This document shows positions 19,549 through 28,816 of a DNA stretch of 64,000 nucleotides, piece by piece (within the stretch, counting starts at the first letter, position 1; every line of letters starts with the position of its first letter). The position numbers and the translations under genes were made by a program. The notes under the pieces were generated by a model. The model was not told the origin of the DNA. It searched no databases and saw nothing but the letters and a program-made list of their open reading frames with translations. Source of the stretch: a virus (taxonomy: Duplodnaviria > Caudoviricetes); the IMG/VR virus record IMGVR_UViG_2883497546_000001, positions 1 to 64,000 of that record. One strand, written 5' to 3'.

Positions 19549-22500
19549 CTATCGCCCCTCAAAATTATTCTTTTCTTGCTCCAGAACGTCCTTTCCTGGA
19601 TTCAAAACTTGAAGGTCGATGGGCACCAGAACGTTGTCTGACGTCAGAATGAAGTTCCTCGGATGCGCATCCGTGATCTTCGCGCCCGTCTTGTGATGTG
19701 TCCATGTATTGGGCCCGGTCGGTTCAAAACCTTGCTGCTCAAACCAAGCCGCAACATCTCCAACTTCGGGTGAACGTCCGGCAATGAAGGGCTGGGAAAT
19801 GACCACAGCCGGCCCCGAGGTGGTCTCTACGATACCCTCAATGCGGATATCATCATGGAACAACTGATTGCTCCATTTGATGTTCCTGAGATAATCGGCT
19901 AGCTTTCCTCGTGCACCAAAGTTTGGAGGTCGCGTGATCTTCATCACTCGGCCAGCTTCGCGTACACCAAAAACCTGGTGCTCGGCTCCACCCTCAAACT
20001 CCTTGAAGGATGGAGTCAGCCTTGCGAATCCTGCTGGCTCGATGAGCCATCCGTCTTCTCTGGCCCACGATACCACGGATTGGGACTCGGCACGGAGCCG
20101 TTCTCCCGCATCTGCTTGTGCATTTGCTCGATCGTCATCTTCTGCGCGCGCAAGGAGTGCTCCAAGCGCAGCTTGCGCATCTCTTCGGCGTTCAGTACCT
20201 TGACCATGCTGTTGAACATAAGGGATTGGAATGTTGGAGTCAATGTTTGTTCCACCGCCAGTCGGCTGGCTTTCTAAGTCCTGTGGTGCTCGAGTTTTGC
20301 CCGATTCTTCAGGCGAGCTTGGTAGCATCGAGAACGTCGCAGTTTCATCCATCAGCTCTGCATTGACTTTCAAAGCTTCACGGAGTACCTTCTCTCGCAC
20401 CTGCTGAATGCCGTGTAGCTCTGCTCCTTCATTGGAGCCGTGCCGCGATACGCCCTCGGGGCCGTCAGCAGGTGTGTTTGTGTCCGGAACGGGAAGAATC
20501 ACCTCGAGGACCTGTCCGTCGTACACCCACCTGCCGTTGGCATCTTCATGTACAGTCAGCCGGACCATTGTCTCCTGACCATCGAACCGGACAGGCAACG
20601 CAAGTTTGTGGAACAACTGTAGTCCAGGGACGCTGTTCTTTCGAGAGTCCGGCTTTTCAGAGCGAACGTAGATGGCGCGTTGAAATAGCTCGCGTAAGTG
20701 ACCCATAAGTGACGCTTTGCGAGGGTCCGCTGCATATCGGTTCCAGTGCTCCAATCCGCTCTTGCTCACGTGGATCTCGCGCCCTCTTTCGGCATTGACG
20801 ATGGGGCCTTTCTCTCGCGCATCCTGTAGCGCAGCCTTCATCCTATCTCGCCGCTCGCGCGGCGCGATACCCCGCCAATTGGCTACATCCGGTACATCCA
20901 AGGTTGGTGCTGCCACAGCCTTGGCAATACGAATCTCCTGAGACTCGTTTGGGACAATGCTATAGGACTCCACGTCATCTAGCCCCGTGCCAGTTTTTGT
21001 GGGGGAAGGCACTGGTTGACTTTCCCTTGCACTAGTGGTAGTATCACCATGCGCTTCTGGTCGAGGTGTCTGTACCGCTTGAGACTGGGGCTGCGTCGGA
21101 ATCCCGACAGAACCGGGACCCCCTTGAGGGGCAAGGCCGGGAACAGGTCGGACTTGTTCGACCAATGCGCCCCTGAATTGACGTTTGCTCAGTTCGGGGG
21201 CGTACTGCGTTACCAACGAATACTGGTCTTTAATGGCACCGTCTTCGACGATGACCATGTGAGTTCCCTCCGCATAGCTACGGAAGTAGAAGGTCTCAGG
21301 CCCATTAGTGACTCGTACTTGAGCATCCGAGATGGTTTTCTCCACAGCGCCGATCCAGTCGAGCTTGTCGGGATCCAAAGTGCGATTCTCTTCGTTCTTA
21401 TTAAGATTCTCGCCAATAAGATGTGCAGCTCTATTATCCAGCGGATTTCTAAAGCCGCCACGCTTCTGGGGATTGGCCGTTGCAACCATTGCACCCCATG
21501 GGTCTTTGATAGTCGGGGTCTTTCCCAGCCACGTCGCCACCTTCTGCACCAGAACCTCCCAAGTACCGCGCTTCTCAGGAAATGCCGGTCGGCTGTCTTT
21601 GAGCTTCGGCAGAAACTTCTTCGCAGAATCCCATGTATGCCCCGTCTTCACCTCCTCCCAAGACCCCGGCTTGTCCTGCCTCATCTTCGGCACCATGCCG
21701 AATGTCGCGAGATCGATCTCTCCACGGCTTGCCGGTTCCGTTATCGTATCATTCTCTAGCTGAGAAGCGCTCTCGCCGTGTTGACTTCCATCAGCTTCAT
21801 GGAATACTTCCTTCAAGCCTTCGATAGCAGGGCCGTGCTGGGTAGAAGTGCCGTCAAAGGCGCCATCGCCCTGAGCAAGCCAGGCTTCGAAGGCCCCTTT
21901 GTTTTTGTGCGTGATCAACCCAAGCGATTCCGCTTCTCGAATCTCCGCCAGTAGTTCGCCGGGTTCCTTGCCGAACAGTGTCTTTGCCTCCAAGACGTGC
22001 TGTCCTTCACGTTCATGCACCGTGAAATACGCCGTCAGCGGACCTTGTGACGTCGCAAGACTGGTCACGATGGAGTGCGCCTTGCGGTCCCCGGGACTCA
22101 CATACACAAGCATTGGATTGTCCATCGCTCCGGGGAACTTCTTCAGTACCTCTTCCGTGAGCTCAGAGTGCTTGCCGCGCTTCTTGCGCACCTTGCTCAA
22201 GCGAATCCACATGGGCAGGTCCGGTACCCCGGCCTTCCGCAGCACCTCGCCCGGACGCCCCATATCCAAAATCGCATTGGCCGGAAGTCGCCCTTTGACC
22301 GCCGCTTCGACGTTCTCCGCAAAAGGCACCGGAGCCACACCAAAGGTCACCCCGTTCTCCTCCCATAGCGTTTCCCCGGGATTGAGGGTGAGGGGAGTGG
22401 TCTTCCCATCGGAGAGCTCCGTTATCGATTCGGAACGACTCGTGCCATCGATAGCGGCATCCTGGTTGCTATTACCACTCCCATCCACCCCCATCAAATC

Positions 22501-25311
22501 ATTCAGGAACCCCTCATAGTCCTCACCCAACCGTCCCTCCGCTCGCGCCTTGTTCAGCGCCCGTGCCCGTGAAAACACCTGCCCAAACAACGCCCGCCAC
22601 GCCCGCAGGAACTGCCCAAACTGCACCACCTCACCGCGCTCCTTCACTCCCGCCGCTTGCCGCACCGCCGCGTTCAGCCCTTCGGTCACCAGACCCGCCG
22701 GCAGCCGCGTCCCATCCTTGCGACGCCCCAGCACATCCGCCGTCACAATCGCACTGATGGCCTCCGTCAGCGACCGCGGTGCCTTGTCCGCAGATCCCAG
22801 CACCTCCGCATCCGCCGCACTCAGGAACTTCTGCCCGGTCGCCTTCTCTGCCAGCCGCACCCACAGCAGCCCTTGCTCCCGTGTATAGCGACCGTTATCC
22901 AGCCCGGACTTCCACCGGCCCTCAATCGGTTCCTCCACCGCCGTGAGCACATTGCCCCCGCGGAAGATGGTCGAGACCATCGTGCGCACATTATTACGTC
23001 GCTCCGCACGATTGCTTCCCAACACATGCCACGTCGCAGCCAGCGACTCCTCCCGCGTCATCCCGCGCAGCTGCCCTGCCACCACCGCAGCGTCCGCCGC
23101 TTGTTCCTCGGACACCACGTGCTCCGCCACGTCATCCTCCAATGACCTGCTCTCACCCGGCGCCACAGCGAAAGCCTCCGGCGTCCCCGCTCGCTTCTGG
23201 TCCATGAACACCTCGCCCATGCGGGCCACCGAGTCCACCACCTGCATCTCCACATCCGTGAGGTGCTGCTCCGCATACTGCCGCGCCTCTCCCCAGGTCT
23301 CCGCGCGGACTGCCGTTCCATTCTTGAGTGATACAATGTATCCGTTTCCATCATTCGCGATCTTCGGCACCATCCCCAGCCGCTGCCCATCACTCTGCGC
23401 CTGCTGTGCCTCACCCAATCGTGCTCGATACCGCTCCTCAAACTCCGCTGCCACCTCTCGCGATGCCCTGCCGCGCGCTTCCTGCAGCGCCGCCTGCGCC
23501 GCCTCCAGCTTGCCTTCCATCGCCAGGCCAATGATCTTGATGCGGTCCGCCTCCACGTACCCCGCCGCACCCAGCGAAATATTGTCCGCGAGAATGGCCC
23601 GCGCCATGGCCACGTCCCTGACTGAAGCCGCACCCAGACCCAGAAGCGTCAATGGCAGCAGACCCACGGCCACATCGCCGCGCGTGTTCAAGTAGCGTTC
23701 CTTCTCCCGCTCCACATCTACTCCAGGAAGATCCTTCTTGATCGCCGCAAAGAGCGCGTGCGTTGCAGGAAGTGTTACATCCTGCACCCCTTCCTGCACA
23801 TTCTGGTAAACGTAGTTGCCACCCACCTTCAGCAGCGCCATCCCAATCATCTCCCGCTTCAGCCCTCCTTGAACCAACTGACGCAGCGAGGGCATCGTAT
23901 TCAGCACCTTCAGTCCCACCATGTCGGGGACCATCTCCAGCACCCCTGAGGTCAGCGCGATTCGGCGCGCATACGGGATGGGCATGTCAGGATATTCCAG
24001 CCTGAGCTGCTCATAGTTGTTCGCAGTGTAGTGCTGGACAATGACCGGGGCCGCCGCACCTCGCGTCAACCCCATCACGCCCAAGATGCCCATCGATACC
24101 CCAAACGTCGACGCCGTGACCGAGTCATTCGGCGAGGCCATATGCGCCATCTGCCGCACCTGGCGCGCCACATTCACCTTCTCCCGCTCCCGCTCCTTGT
24201 ATTGTCTCACCAGCGCAGACTCATCAGCGTCGAGCCTCTTCTCAACACCACCAATGATGGGTATGTGGCCCACTGCTGCCGTTCCCATCGACATCCTCGC
24301 CGCGAAGACCTGAGCCCTGTTTCTGCTCTCCTGCTCCTTGAAAAACTTCGCGGCATCCTCCCGATTTGTGATCTTCGGTACCGTGGTCGTCACCGGAGTG
24401 AGCATGTCGTCCGGCACACTCTCGATGCCTTCCTCTTGGAAGCTCGTATCACCAGTGACAAACCTCTCCAGGGCCGACCCGGCTTGCAGCCACCATCCCC
24501 TTTTTCCCTTCTCCTGCTCACCGCGCACCTTCGCGCTGTGCAGCGCTGCCAGCGTCACCAGCGTGCGATTTCGCTGTGGCAGATCCGCCAGCTTCTCAAT
24601 CCAGGCCCTCGTATCCGCGTCATTAAACGGCTCCGCGGCAGACGCCAGCTTCTGAATCTCCGCGCGATGTGGCGCCAGCGCCTCCTTCGTCGTCAGGTAG
24701 GCATCGATGAAAGTCTTCCGGGAGTCCTCAGAGTAGCCCGGCTTCGCCTTGTTCTGCGACTCCCAGGCACTCAGTTCATCCAGCCCAATGCCCTTCCCTC
24801 TGCCCTCAATCGCAGCCGTTGTCCCGCCCTTGGCTGCATCATCCAGGGATTGAAGCGTTGCCTGGATGTGCAAATACACCTCATCATCCGTCGCCGTATC
24901 CCGGCCCATCCTCGTGTATACATAGTTCGCCTTGTATAGCGGATATTCCAGATTCACCTCGTCCGTCGTTTTCCCATCAGCATGGGCAAAGAACGCGACG
25001 TTGAACATCTGCCGCTTCTCCGACTCCGCATGGGGCGAATAGCGCGTCAGCCTGTCCAGTTCCTCAGCCTCCTCAGGATCGAGTTCCGGCTTTTCTTTGA
25101 AGTAGCCTCGCACCCGGTTGTAGTCCGCCGCCTGTTGTTGCGCCAGCGCGGAGTAGGGTTCGCGCCCCTCGCGGCGCACCCGCTCGTGGTACTCCGCCAT
25201 CGTTTGTTCTGCCGTCACAATCTGGTCGGCAGGGATTTTTCCGTTCTCCAGACTCTGGCGTAGAGTGTCCGCCGCCAGATCTAGTTCCTCAGATTCCGTG
25301 ATGGTGGGCAT
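19549..25311 (-). CDS. Large internal virion/ejection protein (gp16 position) with C-terminal polyvalent domains: MuF-C-like, unknown domain B, LPD3-like, Kinase-PolyVal-like
   Basis: Synteny after gp14/gp15-like genes; LDMGRPGEVLRKAGVPDLP..KH..L.EE.LKKFP.AMDNP (MuF-C); VNAERGREIHVSKSGLEH...VRLTVHED.NG..YD (LPD3); GGAEHQV..VMKIT..NQLFHDDI..VISQP..DAHPRN..PID (kinase). Confidence 0.8.
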   Translation of the reverse strand: MPTITESEELDLAADTLRQSLENGKIPADQIVTAEQTMAEYHERVRREGREPYSALAQQQAADYNRVRGYFKEKPELDPEEAEELDRLTRYSPHAESEKRQMFNVAFFAHADGKTTDEVNLEYPLYKANYVYTRMGRDTATDDEVYLHIQATLQSLDDAAKGGTTAAIEGRGKGIGLDELSAWESQNKAKPGYSEDSRKTFIDAYLTTKEALAPHRAEIQKLASAAEPFNDADTRAWIEKLADLPQRNRTLVTLAALHSAKVRGEQEKGKRGWWLQAGSALERFVTGDTSFQEEGIESVPDDMLTPVTTTVPKITNREDAAKFFKEQESRNRAQVFAARMSMGTAAVGHIPIIGGVEKRLDADESALVRQYKEREREKVNVARQVRQMAHMASPNDSVTASTFGVSMGILGVMGLTRGAAAPVIVQHYTANNYEQLRLEYPDMPIPYARRIALTSGVLEMVPDMVGLKVLNTMPSLRQLVQGGLKREMIGMALLKVGGNYVYQNVQEGVQDVTLPATHALFAAIKKDLPGVDVEREKERYLNTRGDVAVGLLPLTLLGLGAASVRDVAMARAILADNISLGAAGYVEADRIKIIGLAMEGKLEAAQAALQEARGRASREVAAEFEERYRARLGEAQQAQSDGQRLGMVPKIANDGNGYIVSLKNGTAVRAETWGEARQYAEQHLTDVEMQVVDSVARMGEVFMDQKRAGTPEAFAVAPGESRSLEDDVAEHVVSEEQAADAAVVAGQLRGMTREESLAATWHVLGSNRAERRNNVRTMVSTIFRGGNVLTAVEEPIEGRWKSGLDNGRYTREQGLLWVRLAEKATGQKFLSAADAEVLGSADKAPRSLTEAISAIVTADVLGRRKDGTRLPAGLVTEGLNAAVRQAAGVKERGEVVQFGQFLRAWRALFGQVFSRARALNKARAEGRLGEDYEGFLNDLMGVDGSGNSNQDAAIDGTSRSESITELSDGKTTPLTLNPGETLWEENGVTFGVAPVPFAENVEAAVKGRLPANAILDMGRPGEVLRKAGVPDLPMWIRLSKVRKKRGKHSELTEEVLKKFPGAMDNPMLVYVSPGDRKAHSIVTSLATSQGPLTAYFTVHEREGQHVLEAKTLFGKEPGELLAEIREAESLGLITHKNKGAFEAWLAQGDGAFDGTSTQHGPAIEGLKEVFHEADGSQHGESASQLENDTITEPASRGEIDLATFGMVPKMRQDKPGSWEEVKTGHTWDSAKKFLPKLKDSRPAFPEKRGTWEVLVQKVATWLGKTPTIKDPWGAMVATANPQKRGGFRNPLDNRAAHLIGENLNKNEENRTLDPDKLDWIGAVEKTISDAQVRVTNGPETFYFRSYAEGTHMVIVEDGAIKDQYSLVTQYAPELSKRQFRGALVEQVRPVPGLAPQGGPGSVGIPTQPQSQAVQTPRPEAHGDTTTSARESQPVPSPTKTGTGLDDVESYSIVPNESQEIRIAKAVAAPTLDVPDVANWRGIAPRERRDRMKAALQDAREKGPIVNAERGREIHVSKSGLEHWNRYAADPRKASLMGHLRELFQRAIYVRSEKPDSRKNSVPGLQLFHKLALPVRFDGQETMVRLTVHEDANGRWVYDGQVLEVILPVPDTNTPADGPEGVSRHGSNEGAELHGIQQVREKVLREALKVNAELMDETATFSMLPSSPEESGKTRAPQDLESQPTGGGTNIDSNIPIPYVQQHGQGTERRRDAQAALGALLARAEDDDRANAQADAGERLRAESQSVVSWAREDGWLIEPAGFARLTPSFKEFEGGAEHQVFGVREAGRVMKITRPPNFGARGKLADYLRNIKWSNQLFHDDIRIEGIVETTSGPAVVISQPFIAGRSPEVGDVAAWFEQQGFEPTGPNTWTHHKTGAKITDAHPRNFILTSDNVLVPIDLQVLNPGKDVLEQEKNNFEGR

Positions 25312-25314
25312 GGT

Positions 25315-27081
25315 CTATTGCTTGAGCTTTGCTTTCAAATCTTGAATAGGACTGGGTGGCCGTACGATGGCTGCCCCATCTGGTCCCAGGGTTGCCCGTC
25401 TGCCCTCCCGCCGCCGGTGTTGCGCCGGGGACTCCAGCGCTCTCGCTCCTGCTCCCCGCCGGTCTAGCGAAGTATGATCCGTCAGCCACTCAACCACCTG
25501 CTTGGGAGAGGCATTGGGATAGGCCTGGAGAAAGCCGTCCATGGCTTGCTCCAGTTCCATCGCCCGCATCGCACTCGCATTGCGCGTTTCCGGATTCACA
25601 AACTCCTCGCCTCGTAGCGACTTCTCGAACAATTCGCGTGTGAAAGGAGTGAGTTTCGCCATGGCCTCGGGCGAGGCGTCTTTCCCGAAAGTCCCCTTCA
25701 GGGAAAGAAAAGAGCGCCACCTTTCCTGCGGACCTTTGATGGCACGCAACCTATCCGTTGCAAAGCCAAGACCAAAGACCTCCAGCTTCTCCTTGTCCGC
25801 GAGCGCATCAAAAAGATACTTCGGTCCCCGATATCGAATTGGCTCACCATTCGAATCCCGCAGCGCTTCCTGATCGTGCCAGGTGCGAATCAGTGTGCGC
25901 CCCTCCTGCGCAGCCAGCGACTCCGGCTTCCCACTATTGATTCGCGTCGCCAGCGCCTTGTCCAACTCCAGCTGCATCTCTCGTGGATACTGCGCGTGCT
26001 GAAGTCGAAACCACACCTGCTGCAGCCTCGCACCAGGTGCCGTGGGGTCATGTGATCCTATCGCCTTCTTCAGACGGAATACTTCCGCCATGTCTGGTGG
26101 GCCGCCTTGCATCACCCGCTGCATCAGTGTCGACAGCGTGGCATCGCGCATTCCCTGCGGGACATGCGTCTGTATCCACTTCTCCCGGTCCGCATCAGTT
26201 GCCACCGCATTCGTCCGCACCGCATCACGTAGATTCTCGAGCAGCGCCTTCTGATTCCAATAGACCGATTCCTGTGCGTCGGTCTTCACCTCCGTCCATG
26301 TCGCGTCATTCAATCCTACAAACGCCGCCGGTAAATTCTTTGCCTTCGGATCCTGCGCATACTTCAGCACCACCTCCGGTTGCGTCTCCACCATTGCCGT
26401 CCGCTGATTCGCATAGATGTCTTGCACGGCACGTCGCGTATTCTCATCCGACTGTTGCGGAGTTTCCAACTTCAGCGCCACCGCTTGGTTGCCTGCATCC
26501 GCCACCCCTTGAATACTCCTCTGCTGCACCGCACGGCCTCGCGCCTGCTGCACCGCCGCCCCCGCCCGCGAAAACTGCACCTTCGCCGCATCAATCCCCG
26601 CCTGGATAAGCCCCCGCTCGCCAAACTGGTTCACATCCCGGTCCACCTGGCTCCGTACCACGGGCGCATAGCGCTTCTCAGAAAAATACTTCTGCGTCGC
26701 CGTCACCCGTCGCTGCCACTCCGCCTGCCATCCATCCGAATCCGGATTCTCCAGCCGCCACTGCTCGAAGCGCAGCGTCTCATTCTGCATGTGGTCCCGC
26801 GCCTCTTCCAGGTCCGCATAGTTCCGCGCCTTCGCACTCTGCTCCGCCAGTTCCGTCATCGCGCCACCCAGGGTGCTCATCGCCTTGCCCCACGCCTCCC
26901 CCGCGATCACGTCACCCTTCCCCCAGTTATCCGGCAGCTCCGGCTGCTCATACGCCTGCGCTGCCGCTTGCGCCAGGCCCGCATAGTCCGCCTGATATCT
27001 CGCCTCTGGCACCAGAGCTTTCGCCGCCGCCTCCGGCGCCCCCGGCATCTGCCCATCGTTATACAAAGGAATCGTCGCCAT
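25315..27081 (-). CDS. Internal virion protein (gp15 position)
   Basis: MATIPLY start and Ala/Gln-rich helical sequence; position between gp14-like and gp16-like genes. Confidence 0.65.
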   Translation of the reverse strand: MATIPLYNDGQMPGAPEAAAKALVPEARYQADYAGLAQAAAQAYEQPELPDNWGKGDVIAGEAWGKAMSTLGGAMTELAEQSAKARNYADLEEARDHMQNETLRFEQWRLENPDSDGWQAEWQRRVTATQKYFSEKRYAPVVRSQVDRDVNQFGERGLIQAGIDAAKVQFSRAGAAVQQARGRAVQQRSIQGVADAGNQAVALKLETPQQSDENTRRAVQDIYANQRTAMVETQPEVVLKYAQDPKAKNLPAAFVGLNDATWTEVKTDAQESVYWNQKALLENLRDAVRTNAVATDADREKWIQTHVPQGMRDATLSTLMQRVMQGGPPDMAEVFRLKKAIGSHDPTAPGARLQQVWFRLQHAQYPREMQLELDKALATRINSGKPESLAAQEGRTLIRTWHDQEALRDSNGEPIRYRGPKYLFDALADKEKLEVFGLGFATDRLRAIKGPQERWRSFLSLKGTFGKDASPEAMAKLTPFTRELFEKSLRGEEFVNPETRNASAMRAMELEQAMDGFLQAYPNASPKQVVEWLTDHTSLDRRGAGARALESPAQHRRREGRRATLGPDGAAIVRPPSPIQDLKAKLKQ

Positions 27082-27096
27082 AACCGATATGCAAGC

Positions 27097-27984
27097 TCAA
27101 AATTTAAATCCAAATCCCGTCACCTTCGCCTTCGTCGCCAGGACGGTCCCCGTTCCTTTCGCTGAAGCATTCATCGCCGCCCCGGTTGAAGCGGCCGCAC
27201 CGGCCCCCTTCGCCGTCTCGCCAAACAAGCTCCCCCAGGTCCCATACGACCCCGCAAGAGACAGCATCGTAGTGCCAATCCCCGTCACCAACCCCGCCGT
27301 CGCCGCACTCTTCATCCCCGACGCCTCATTCAAGCCCGCCAGTCGGTGAAACTCCGCCTCCCGCATCTGCATCCGCGCACGAACCGGCGCCAGCGCCCCC
27401 TCAGCCCGCAACAGGGATGCCTGCATCTTGTACTGCGCCGAGCTCACCTCACCGCCATAGCGCTGCATCTGCGCGTCCCACAGCAGACTGTCCCGCTTCG
27501 TATTCGTCTCATACCACGCATCACTTAGGGCCAGCTGCATATACCGCGCACTCTCCGCCAGCACCTCCACGGGCGACCCCGCCATGGCCACACCACCCTT
27601 CGCAAACCGCGCCCGCTGCAGCGCCGCCACACGCAACTGATCCTCACGCGTCCGCCGCTGCTGCTCCACCCCCCTCGAAAGCTCACCCTGCGCCTGCCCC
27701 TCGAGCATCCGCGCATTCGTCTCAGCCGTCTGCCGCGCTATCGCCGCATTCGCCTCCACCTGGCCCGCCTGCGCTCTTGCCGACCACTCCGCCAGCGCCT
27801 GCTGCTGCCGGATGTTCTGTGCCTGCACAGCATAGTTATACTTCGTCAGTGCCTCCTGATTCCGCGCCGCCTCCTTCTGTGCGTTGTATTGCATCCCCAG
27901 GCCCACACCGCTTGCCACCACGCCGGCAGCCCCGACGCCAACCATTATCTGCTGCGCCAATGTCAATCCCGCAAACCATGCCAT
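27097..27984 (-). CDS. Internal virion protein (gp14-like)
   Basis: Hydrophobic Gly/Ala N-terminus, Q/A-rich coil, QRARFAKGGVAMAGSP motif; start MAWFAG. Confidence 0.75.
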   Translation of the reverse strand: MAWFAGLTLAQQIMVGVGAAGVVASGVGLGMQYNAQKEAARNQEALTKYNYAVQAQNIRQQQALAEWSARAQAGQVEANAAIARQTAETNARMLEGQAQGELSRGVEQQRRTREDQLRVAALQRARFAKGGVAMAGSPVEVLAESARYMQLALSDAWYETNTKRDSLLWDAQMQRYGGEVSSAQYKMQASLLRAEGALAPVRARMQMREAEFHRLAGLNEASGMKSAATAGLVTGIGTTMLSLAGSYGTWGSLFGETAKGAGAAASTGAAMNASAKGTGTVLATKAKVTGFGFKF

Positions 27985-27988
27985 AGTA

Positions 27989-28432
27989 TTATGCGATTGT
28001 GATAAGGGACGAAAGCCCCTCATCGAGTTTCACAAAGCCGTGTTTCTCAGCCTGCCTTGCCAGGGTGCCTTTCGCGTACGCCTTGATGACCGACACGTCA
28101 TTCGCCACGGCAATTGCCTTCAGCGCGCCCAGACAGTGCCTGCAGGCCGCCAGCCCCATCGCCGGCGAGAGTCCCGGCTTCGTGATCAAACCCTCCCAAA
28201 ACCCAACTCCAATGCCATAACAAAGATAAATCCACGATGCAGCCACCGCCTCCCCATCACACTCCACCACAATCCCCATCGGTGGCAGCAGATTCTCCAG
28301 CAACCTCCCCATGCCACGCCCCTCCATCCACCCCGCCACCATCTGGTAATCTCCCACCTTCTCCCCATAACTCCTCACCACCCACCTCCCAACCTCCTGC
28401 TCCTGCTCGTCCTCAACATCATTCATCCTCAT
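27989..28432 (-). CDS. GNAT-like virion assembly protein (gp13 position)
   Basis: LPPMGIVVE.DGEAVAASWIY...GF pattern; located between tail tubular B and the gp14-like gene. Confidence 0.6.
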   Translation of the reverse strand: MRMNDVEDEQEQEVGRWVVRSYGEKVGDYQMVAGWMEGRGMGRLLENLLPPMGIVVECDGEAVAASWIYLCYGIGVGFWEGLITKPGLSPAMGLAACRHCLGALKAIAVANDVSVIKAYAKGTLARQAEKHGFVKLDEGLSSLITIA

Positions 28433-28657
28433 TGCATCACCCCCTTTGCATTTTTCATTTTGCACCTCTCACTTTGCATTCCCTTCCCGACGCCCCATCA
28501 CTCCCATCGTCCCCTCTGCCTCCTCTGCGTCCTCTGCGTCCTCTGCGTCCTTCGCCACTTTGCTGTTCTCCACAATCCACCCCTGATTCCCCACCACACA
28601 CACCATCCTCATCCCCTTTGCTGCTTAGCTGCTCCGCTGCTTTGCGACAAACCAACC

Positions 28658-28799
28658 CACCGTCACACCGTCACACCGTCACACCGTCACACCGCTCACC
28701 GCTCACCGCTCACCGCTCACCGCTCACCGCTCACCGCTCACCGCTCACCGCTCACCGCTCACCGCTCACCGCTCACCGCTCACCGCTCACCGCTCACCG
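28658..28799. repeat. Tandem repeat (CACCGTCA)x4 + (CACCGCT)x~16
   Basis: Directly read; follows the tail tubular B stop. Confidence 0.95.
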
Positions 28800-28816
28800 T
28801 CGCACTGGCCCACCGG

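Noticed and set aside
14019-23106. Diversity-generating retroelement (TR/VR pairs)
   Set aside because: No reverse transcriptase in the window; repeats are hundreds of bp long and differences are not adenine-specific
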